Of a stretch of 64,000 bases of DNA, positions 45,081 through 52,600 are shown in pieces (positions within the stretch are counted from its first letter, which is position 1; every line of letters starts with the position of its first letter). The stretch lies in the IMG/VR virus record IMGVR_UViG_3300034072_002191, positions 16,692-80,691 of that record. The stretch is one strand, 5' to 3'. The notes beneath the pieces were generated by a model. The model was not told where the DNA came from and ran no database searches. It saw only the letters and a list, made by a program, of their open reading frames with translations. The translations under genes were made by a program, and so were the position numbers. The DNA comes from a virus.

Positions 45081-45581
45081 ATGCTGACACAGCTCATTGC
45101 CCTTGGCCTGTTCGCCGCGCCGAGCGGTGGCACGGCGGAGAAGGGCGCGGTGATTGCCACGCCGGATCGCACCGCCAGCATGACGGTGGTGCAACCGAGC
45201 GCCTCCCGCGGCACGGCGCTGCCCCTCGGCGCGGCTGCATGGGCGCAGCAGTTCGATCCCGGCGACCACGCACCATACGCGATCGACTTCACCGAGCTGC
45301 TCGACGAGGATGAAGGCATCGCCAAGATCGAGGCGGTCAAGGTTTCCTCGACCGCCGCACTGCTCGGCATCGGTGTCGATGCGGCATCCGGCTACCGGCC
45401 CATCATCGACGCGGCCGGCAAGAAGATCCAGCTCTGGTTTCTGGTCGACCAGGCTTTCTGGGAATCCTCCTCGTTCGCGGCAGACGGCGTGCTCCTGCCG
45501 GTGTCCGTTCGCATCGTGACCGATGCCACCTCGCCCAAGCGCTATGAGCGCACGGCGATCTTGACGGTCCGGCAGCTGTGA
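45081..45581 (+). CDS. Fibre/adaptor-type structural protein
   Basis: DP.D...Y.IDF..LL ... R.ERT..L.VRQ motif. GGAGG RBS. Confidence 0.65.
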   Translation: MLTQLIALGLFAAPSGGTAEKGAVIATPDRTASMTVVQPSASRGTALPLGAAAWAQQFDPGDHAPYAIDFTELLDEDEGIAKIEAVKVSSTAALLGIGVDAASGYRPIIDAAGKKIQLWFLVDQAFWESSSFAADGVLLPVSVRIVTDATSPKRYERTAILTVRQL

Positions 45582-45799
45582 AGATCGAGAATGGCGACCG
45601 GGTGCGGCTGGAGATCGCTGGCGTGTTCGACGGCTGGGCCGGCCGCCAGGGCAATCGCGTCTCCTTCCTGCCCAACCGAACCGCGGCGCGGCCGGAGAGC
45701 GTCAAGGGGGGCATGCTCGACGGCAAGCCTGTGCGCCTGGCGACCAGCGTGGAGGGGGCCGGCCCGTTCTACACCGCGCGATTCGAGGCGATCGAATGA
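45578..45799 (+). CDS. Small hypothetical protein
   Basis: 73 aa, GTGA/ATGA coupled. Confidence 0.6.
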   Translation: MKIENGDRVRLEIAGVFDGWAGRQGNRVSFLPNRTAARPESVKGGMLDGKPVRLATSVEGAGPFYTARFEAIE

Positions 45800-46425
45800 C
45801 CATCTCTGAAATGCGCGCACTGGTTGGGCTACCCGACAACGCCACCGACGCAGAGGTGGTCGCCGCCTATGCGGCGCTCACCGACGATGCACCGCAGCCC
45901 AGCCTGCCGCTGGTCGAGCCGCTCACCGTCGAGCAGGCGCGCATGCAGTGCCGGATCGACGACGACGTTGAGGATGCGCTCATCGCGCAGAAGATCCGCG
46001 CCGCGCGCGAATGGGTCGAGCGGCATACGGGTCGCATCCTCGCGCAGCGGACGCTGACGGCCGGGTTTTCCGGTTGGGGCAAGGCATTAACGATCTACCG
46101 CCGCCCTGTGGTCTCGATCGACGCTATCGCGTTCAACGGCGTCGACGGCGACGCGACCTTCACCGATTTCGGCACCGCGCTCGGCGTCTATCCGACCCGC
46201 ATCGTGCCCGCCGCGCGCACGTGCTGGCCGCGGCTGCGGCCCGGCGGCGGCGTCACCGTCGCCTATACCGCGGGCTACGACGCCGGGAAGGTGCCGCTTC
46301 TCTATGTCGAGGCGATGCAGGTTCTCGTTGCCGGCATGATGACCGATCGGACAGGGGGGTACGAGCAGGCGATCGCCGCCGCCAAGAACATGCTCGAGCA
46401 TGCTGCGCGGGCGACGCGCGTCTGA
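45796..46425 (+). CDS. Head-tail connector (gp6-like)
   Basis: EPLTVEQA..QCRID...ED.LI...I.AAREWVE..TGR, V.YTAGY. Confidence 0.9.
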   Translation: MTISEMRALVGLPDNATDAEVVAAYAALTDDAPQPSLPLVEPLTVEQARMQCRIDDDVEDALIAQKIRAAREWVERHTGRILAQRTLTAGFSGWGKALTIYRRPVVSIDAIAFNGVDGDATFTDFGTALGVYPTRIVPAARTCWPRLRPGGGVTVAYTAGYDAGKVPLLYVEAMQVLVAGMMTDRTGGYEQAIAAAKNMLEHAARATRV

Positions 46426-46805
46426 TGGCGATGATCCAGCCGGGGCGGCTGAACCGCCGGATCCAGATCGAGCGCCCAGTTGCCGACACCAGCCTCGACG
46501 GGGCGGGCTCCGGCACTTGGGCGGCGGTTGGCTTACCGGTGTGGGCCGAGGTGCAGGATGCGCTTCCGAGCCGCGGTGAGAAGGTCGCTGACGGCGTCAA
46601 TATCTCCGCGCGTCCTGCGCGCATCCGCATGCGCTACCGCCGGGACATCACCAGCGACATGCGCTTCGTGCTGCTCCGGAAGGAAGGCGCCACCTACGTG
46701 GCGGATCGCATCCTCCAGATCGTCTCCGGCCCGGCGGAGTTGGGCTTCCACGAAGGGCTGGAATTCATGGCCGAGGACTATCGCCCGGCCGGGAACCCTG
46801 CCTGA
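46425..46805 (+). CDS. Head closure / head-tail adaptor
   Basis: GRLNRRI.IE, VWAEV, RIRMRYR.DIT.DMR. ATG overlaps the upstream TGA. Confidence 0.9.
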   Translation: MAMIQPGRLNRRIQIERPVADTSLDGAGSGTWAAVGLPVWAEVQDALPSRGEKVADGVNISARPARIRMRYRRDITSDMRFVLLRKEGATYVADRILQIVSGPAELGFHEGLEFMAEDYRPAGNPA

Positions 46806-47335
46806 TGGTGACGGTCCGCGGGCGTGACTACCTGCAGCGCTACATGGGCAAGCTGCCCCAGGAGATCGAGGCAAAACTGCTGCGAGGCGCTGGCCGAACT
46901 GGTGGGAAGGTCGTTGCGGACGACGCGCGCGACCGCGCGCTGTCGGAGGAGGTCCGCGATAACATCGTCGTGAAGGTATCCAACCGGGATGGCCGGATCG
47001 TTGTCAGGATCACTGTTCGCCAGGGTTGGAGCTATTCGCTTGGCGTCTGGCAGGAATGGGGCACCGAACCGCACTTCATCAAGGTCGCCGAGGATCAGCG
47101 TCAGGGACGCAGCATCGGACGCATCAACAAGCTGGTGAAAGAGGAGTCGCTCGTGATCAACGGGCAGTTCGTCGGCGATACCGTGCACCACCCCGGCGCC
47201 CGCGAGGCGCCATTCCTCCGCCCAGCGCTGGACCTGCGCAGCGGCGACGCGATCGCCGCGGCACAGGCCTACATCAACAGCCGGATCGTCGGCGGAAAGA
47301 TCGTGGGCGCCGAGGACATCGAGGACGAGCAATGA
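46805..47335 (+). CDS. HK97 gp10-like tail component
   Basis: EWGT.PH, V.HPG....PFLRPALD. Confidence 0.88.
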   Translation: MVTVRGRDYLQRYMGKLPQEIEAKLLRGAGRTGGKVVADDARDRALSEEVRDNIVVKVSNRDGRIVVRITVRQGWSYSLGVWQEWGTEPHFIKVAEDQRQGRSIGRINKLVKEESLVINGQFVGDTVHHPGAREAPFLRPALDLRSGDAIAAAQAYINSRIVGGKIVGAEDIEDEQ

Positions 47336-47745
47336 CGGACGTCGTCGAGGGAGCGGACATCGTCGGTGCGCTGCTCCGCGATTTCACGGACCTCACCGCG
47401 ATCGTGCCGCCCGAGCGGATCAAGATCGGAGCGCTGCCCGAACAGGCGCCACTGCCGCAGGTGCTGATCAGCACCACCAGCACGGTGGAGCGCAAGCCCC
47501 TGACGCGCGGGGCGCTGGTGCGGACGGTCGAGCGGGTGTCCGTGCGCGTCCGCGCCGACAATCTGCGCGATCAGCGCCGTCTCCGCCGCCTGGTTGTTCG
47601 CTGCTGCGCACACCGGACGGGCGACATCGGCGGCGGTTCGGCCGTTTCGATCACCACCGACGGCGCTGGACCGGAGGGTATTGGCCTCGGCGGCGCTTTC
47701 GAACGAACCCAGGACCTCCGCGTCAGTCACGACGTCGCGGTCTGA
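47332..47745 (+). CDS. Tail completion/terminator protein
   Basis: MTDVVEGADIV.ALL...L.A.VP..RI..G.LP....LP. ATGA overlap. Confidence 0.8.
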   Translation: MTDVVEGADIVGALLRDFTDLTAIVPPERIKIGALPEQAPLPQVLISTTSTVERKPLTRGALVRTVERVSVRVRADNLRDQRRLRRLVVRCCAHRTGDIGGGSAVSITTDGAGPEGIGLGGAFERTQDLRVSHDVAV

Positions 47746-47774
47746 TCTTCCGCAAGCGCCGCGGCGCCCATGGA

Positions 47775-47854
47775 CCCCTCGTAGCTCAGGATGCGCGCGA
47801 AGAGCGCCCGGCACCCGCCGGGAGGTCGCCTGGTGAAAGTCCAGGCCGAGGGAG
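47775..47854 (+). ncRNA. tRNA-like cloverleaf lacking a canonical anticodon loop
   Basis: Acceptor CCCTCG/CGAGGG, U8A9, D-stem GCTC/GAGC, stem CCCGG/CCGGG with 6-nt loop, variable AGGTC, T-arm GCCTGG-TGAAAGT-CCAGGC. No CCA. Confidence 0.7.
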
Positions 47855-47880
47855 CGGCTTTACCACCAGAGGAGACGACA

Positions 47881-48081
47881 ATGGCCGAAACGAAGAGGGG
47901 CTATGTGCCCACCACGTTCAAGGATGCCGGCACCGAGAAGGAATATGCCGGCGGCAAGGAACACGACTTCACCCACGGCGAATACGACAACTTCAAGGCC
48001 GCCGGCCTGATCGGCGACAAGCCGGCCGCTGGCGATGCCAAGGCGCCCACCAATCCCGCGAAGGGCGGCACCGCCGCCTGA
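47881..48081 (+). CDS. 66-aa hypothetical tail-region protein
   Basis: GAGGAG RBS. MAETKRGYVPTTFKDAGT... Confidence 0.7.
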   Translation: MAETKRGYVPTTFKDAGTEKEYAGGKEHDFTHGEYDNFKAAGLIGDKPAAGDAKAPTNPAKGGTAA

Positions 48082-48153
48082 TCCCGTCGGCCGAGGTTGC
48101 GCGGCCGATGCCCGCCGGCACCGCCGGCCCACCGCCCATGAAGGAGTAAAATT

Positions 48154-48600
48154 ATGGGTCTCGAAACCGGAGCAGGGTCGTCGATCGCCATTTCGGTCGC
48201 CGCCCCCGCCACCCAGGACACCGCAGGCTATGCAGCGTTGACCTACACGGAAGGCGGAAACTGCGAGAAGATCGGCACCATTGGTGCGACCTTTGCGAAG
48301 ACTGAGTTTCAGCCCCTCAAGGGGCCGAAGCAGAAGCTCAAGGGCAGCCCCGACTATGGGTCGCTCCAGCCGTCGTTCGCCGTCGACGATACGGACGCCG
48401 GTCAGACGCTCTTTCGGACCGCCGCAGACGACGAGACGAACGCGCTCTTTTCGTTCCGTGTCACCAAGCAGAACGGCGCCAAGCGCTACTTCCAGGGGCG
48501 TGTTTTCGGCTGGTCGGAGACGATCGACGGAGCAGATCCTGTCGTCATGGCCGCCCCGACCGTCGAGATCTGCACGAAGGTTGTGAAGGCAGCCTCCTGA
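48154..48600 (+). CDS. Major tail (tube) protein
   Basis: PAT.D.AGY.AL, K.KGS.DYG, D.GQ, YF.G.V. AAGGAG RBS. Confidence 0.88.
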   Translation: MGLETGAGSSIAISVAAPATQDTAGYAALTYTEGGNCEKIGTIGATFAKTEFQPLKGPKQKLKGSPDYGSLQPSFAVDDTDAGQTLFRTAADDETNALFSFRVTKQNGAKRYFQGRVFGWSETIDGADPVVMAAPTVEICTKVVKAAS

Positions 48601-48606
48601 TCCTGC

Positions 48607-48696
48607 CCGGCGCCCGCGACGCCGGTACCTCTATGCGCCAGCTCGCCGCGTGATCGCGGGATGCGTGACGGGCTGGCGCACCAATCCCGCGAAAGG
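48607..48696 (+). promoter_or_regulatory. Structured RNA leader (hairpin plus pseudoknot/kissing loop) before the tail chaperone
   Basis: Two hairpins with complementary loops CCCGCGA / TCGCGGG. A second CCCGCGA abuts the AAGG RBS. Confidence 0.55.
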
Positions 48697-48703
48697 CTAT
48701 CCC

Positions 48704-49120
48704 ATGTTCGATATCACCACGCAGGCGGTCGCCGATACCGCCCCCATCCATCTCAAGAGCGCTACCGGCGAACCGCTGTATGCCGATGCGGAGCGCACCA
48801 AGCCGGTCCAGATCATCATGCACAGTCCGGGCAGCAAGGCGTTCTCCGCCGTCGAGACCGCGCAGTCCGCCCGCGCCGTGAAGCGGCTCAAGGCGAATGA
48901 CGGCGAACTCAGCGCGACCAGTGCCGAAGAGCGCCTCCAGCAGACGGCCGAGGACCTCGCGGCACTCACCGTCCGCTTCGAAAACTTCACCTATCCGCCG
49001 GCGGGCGATGCGCAGGGCGCCGAGCTGTTTAAGGCGTTCTACGCAGATCCGAAGCTCGGCCACTTCGCCAAGCAGGTCTCGAAATTCGTGACCGAATGGA
49101 GCAACTTCACGGGAAAGTAA
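48704..49120 (+). CDS. Tail assembly chaperone
   Basis: MFDIT...HLK...GEPLY...PGS, ends ...SNFTGK on slippery G GGA AAG TAA. Confidence 0.85.
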   Translation: MFDITTQAVADTAPIHLKSATGEPLYADAERTKPVQIIMHSPGSKAFSAVETAQSARAVKRLKANDGELSATSAEERLQQTAEDLAALTVRFENFTYPPAGDAQGAELFKAFYADPKLGHFAKQVSKFVTEWSNFTGK

Positions 49121-49563
49121 GTCGCCAGCTGACCGTTTTCGTCCGGCAGATGGCTTGGCTCAACACCGTGCCCAAGCCGGACGAGCGGACCAGACGGGCG
49201 CGGGCGAACGCGCCGCTGCCCACACTGACTCGCGCCGAGAAAATGAAGCGGGATCGCATCTCGGTCCCGATGCCTCCGAACCCGCTTCCGCACATCGTAG
49301 AGCGTCTGCTTGAGATAGGGCTCAGCGAGGCGGCGGGTATGGGCGTTGGGCCGGTCAGCTGGCTTACGATCGACGCGTGGTGCCGGCTGCGCGGAATTGA
49401 TCTCCCGGCTTGGGAGGCGCTCCTGATCCGACGGCTGTCGGTCGAATATGTGGCTGAGCAGCGGCGCGCCGAGAGCGAGAACTGTCCGCCGCCCTGGCGC
49501 TGGCAGGTCACCGAAGCAGAAAAGAAAGCCGAGATCGCCGCGCTGGAGATGGTGCTCGGATAA
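49111..49563 (+). CDS. Tail assembly chaperone -1 frameshift extension
   Basis: Lambda-identical GGGAAAG at 49111..49117 leads into the open -1 frame (AWLNTVPK...L.EIG...W..I.AW...L..WE...RRLS.EY). Confidence 0.85.
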   Translation, partial: GKVSRQLTVFVRQMAWLNTVPKPDERTRRARANAPLPTLTRAEKMKRDRISVPMPPNPLPHIVERLLEIGLSEAAGMGVGPVSWLTIDAWCRLRGIDLPAWEALLIRRLSVEYVAEQRRAESENCPPPWRWQVTEAEKKAEIAALEMVLG

Positions 49564-49608
49564 CTCAACCATGCCCTGCTTCGGTAGGGATGATCGTGGA
49601 GGTTGCCC

Positions 49609-52600
49609 ATGGACGACGGCTCGCCCGCGCTTGAGGTCGGCTTTGCGATCGACATGGGCAATGCGTTCGATGACCTGGCGCATCTGCAGCGCGAGATGAA
49701 CACCACCGAGGCCAAGGTTGCTGCCGAAGCGGCCAGGATTGAGCGCGCAACGTCGGGAATGCTCGATATTGGCCGCGCGACTGCGGGCATCCGCACGTTC
49801 GGCAGCGCAGCGACCAAAGAAGCGCAAAATGCGGCCCGTGAGCTTGCCCGTGTCGAGAAGGCCGGGGAATCGCTATCCCGCCAACTGGAGCGGCAGGCTT
49901 CCACCTTCGGCAAGACGCGCGAGGAAATCCGCGCGATGAAGGTGGGGGCTGCCGCGCTTGCGGCGGAGCAGCAGGGCCTCAGCGAACTGGCATCGCGCCT
50001 CCGCGCACAGGAGGCTGAGCTATCCGCGGCAGAGCTGAAGGCATCTCAGGACGCGCGCGCCGAGGCGGAGCTTGCAGCCAGGGTAAAGCGCGAGGCGGCG
50101 GACGCGGCGATTGCGGCTGCCGAGCAGGAAGCCGCCGCAGTGAAGCGCGCCGCTGACGGCTATCGCATTTTCGAGGCCGTCGCGAAGCAGAAGTCGGCCG
50201 CGTACCGGCAGAGCCAACTCGAAACGGCTGCCGAGGCGCGTGAGGCGGAGAACCTCGCCGCCGCCGCCGTCCGCCTCAGGGCGTCGATCGACCCTGCTTT
50301 CGCGGCGCAGAACCGCTTCGATACCGAGATGGCGAACGCGAAGCGGTTGATTTCCGCCGGCGCGATCGGGCTAGACGACTATGCCGCCAAGCTCCGGATC
50401 GAACGCGCGTTGCTCGACGAAGCATCTGACGCGCATCAGCGCGGCGGACGCGCGGTCGGCTCTAATAGCGCCGCCCTCGCTGGACTGAGTTTTCAGGCGC
50501 AGGATGCCTTCACACAGATTTCGATGGGTACCAACGTCCTATCCGTGCTCGCCATTCAGGGCGGCCAGGCGGCTGGCCAGATGATCTATATGGAGGGCAA
50601 GCTCGGAAGCGTGGCGCGCTTCCTCATTGGGCCTTGGGGGTTGGCCATCACCGGCGGTCTGCTTGTCCTCGGCGCGTTGACCAAAGGCATGTTCGACAAC
50701 GAGGAGGCCGCCAAGGCCGCCGAAGCTGGCATGAAGAAGTTCCAGGATCGCCAGTCGGACATCGGCAACTTCATCGACGACACTACCGGCCGCCTGAAGG
50801 AGCAGAACAAAACCCTGATCCTGAACGCCATCTTGGCGCGGCAGGCGCAGATCGCCGCCAATGATAAAGAGGTCGCAGACAGCCGGCGCAAGGCGTTCGA
50901 TCGCGCCGGCCAGGCTGCGCTGCGGGCCACCCAGGCAGCACCGGGCACCACCACTTCTGGCGTCAGCTTCACGGATGATGTGGACGTGCAGCGCGTTATC
51001 AAGGCCGCGGGGAACGACACCGGCAAGCTCGCGGAAGGGCTCGCCGCGCTGGCGAAAACCCGCCCGGCTCTGGCGAAGGTGGCACTCGACGTCAGCTCCA
51101 TCGGCGGGCAGGCGATCCTCGCGCAGCGCGACAACGAGCGATTGAATAAGGAGCTGCGCGGGCTGGCGGGCGACACCAAGGCCTTCGCAAATAGCTCGGT
51201 TGAAGCGGTGAAGCGCCAAGCTGCCCTAGCGGCCGCCACTACGCCCCTCGAAAAAGCGAAGGCCCAGCTTGCAATCGTCGAGGCAGAGGGAGCTGCCGCG
51301 GTCAAAGCCGGCGGCGCAGCTGTCGATCAATACAAGCAGAAGCTTGTCGGCGCGACGCTCGCTGTAAAGGCTGCGGAGGAAGCGCAAAAGAAGCAGACGG
51401 CCGCTAATCGCGCTGCCGCTGCTGCCGGGCGCCGGGAGGAGAACCTTCAGGAGAAGCTGGCGCGCGAGGCAGCTGCAACCGAGGCGCAGACCCGCAACCT
51501 CTATGGTCTCGCCGCCGCATACCAAGAGTCGGGTGGCGCGGCTCTGATCGCGGAGGCGCGGGTGAAGGCAGAGTCTCAGGCGATCAAGGAGCGCGGTGAT
51601 ATCGATGCGTTCGTCGCGCGCCAGGTCGACCTGGCGATCGCGCAGCGCGTGGCGGATGCGGCGAAGACGACGGCCGCGCTGCGCGATCAGGCAGACGTGC
51701 AGGAGCAGGTGAACGCCGCAGTTGCCGCCGGCACCGTACCGGCTGCCGAGGCAGCCCAGATCGTGCGAGATCGGCTCGCCGACCTGCCACTGCTGACTGC
51801 GCTCGAAGCAAAGCGGGTGCAGGGCGATGTGGCTGGCGCGATTGCCGTCGGGCTCGCGCTCGACCAACAGCGCGCGGCGCGAGAGAGGCTCACCCAGGCA
51901 GAGGGGCGTGCCCGGTTCAGCGCCGCCGTCCAGTCCGGCACGGATCGCCTGGCAGAACTGCGCGAAGAGCTGCGTTTGATTGGCGCAACGGACGAAGCGC
52001 GGGCGCGCGGGCTCGCCGAGTTCCGCGCGCAGCAGGATGCAGCTTCCATGAAGGGCATCAAGCCGGAAGATGTTGCTGCCTATGTCAAGCTGCAGGGCGA
52101 CATCGCAGTCCAGACGGAGCGCAACCGCTCTGCGCAGGACGCCTATAACGATTCGCTGACGTTCGCTGCTGACAAGTGGGATTTGATCGCCCGCAACGTC
52201 CAGCGTGCCGGGCAAGGCATGGCCGACGCCTTCGGGGCCGCCGGCCGCGCCATTGGCGACCTCGCGACGATCTATGCAGGCTTTCAGGCCGACCGCGCGA
52301 GGCTTGATGCGCAGCACGATGCGCAGCTGAAGCGCTGGCATGGCAACGAGGCGCAGATCGCGCGCGAGAACCAGAAGTATGCGATCCAGACCTCGGCGCT
52401 GCAGATCGGTGCCTATGGGGATGCGGCAGCCGCAGCGAAGAGCTTCTTCTCTGAGGGCAGCGCCGGCTATCAGACCCTCGCGGCCGCTGAAAAGGCTTTC
52501 CGCGCCGTCGAGTTCGCTCTGTCCGTTCGCGCGATGGCGCAGGATGCTGCCGAGACGGTCAGCGCGATCGCGAAGAGTGGCGCGCGCGCCGCTGCGCACG

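Noticed and set aside
46011-46424. Upstream extension of the head-closure ORF (also the ORF-track extensions at 47026, 57976, 59693, 60190, 60297)
   Set aside because: They overlap upstream genes. Coupled or RBS-supported internal starts fit better.
47775-47854. Calling this a functional decoding tRNA gene
   Set aside because: The anticodon loop is 6 nt without U33, the T-loop lacks TTC and there is no CCA. Reported as tRNA-like instead.
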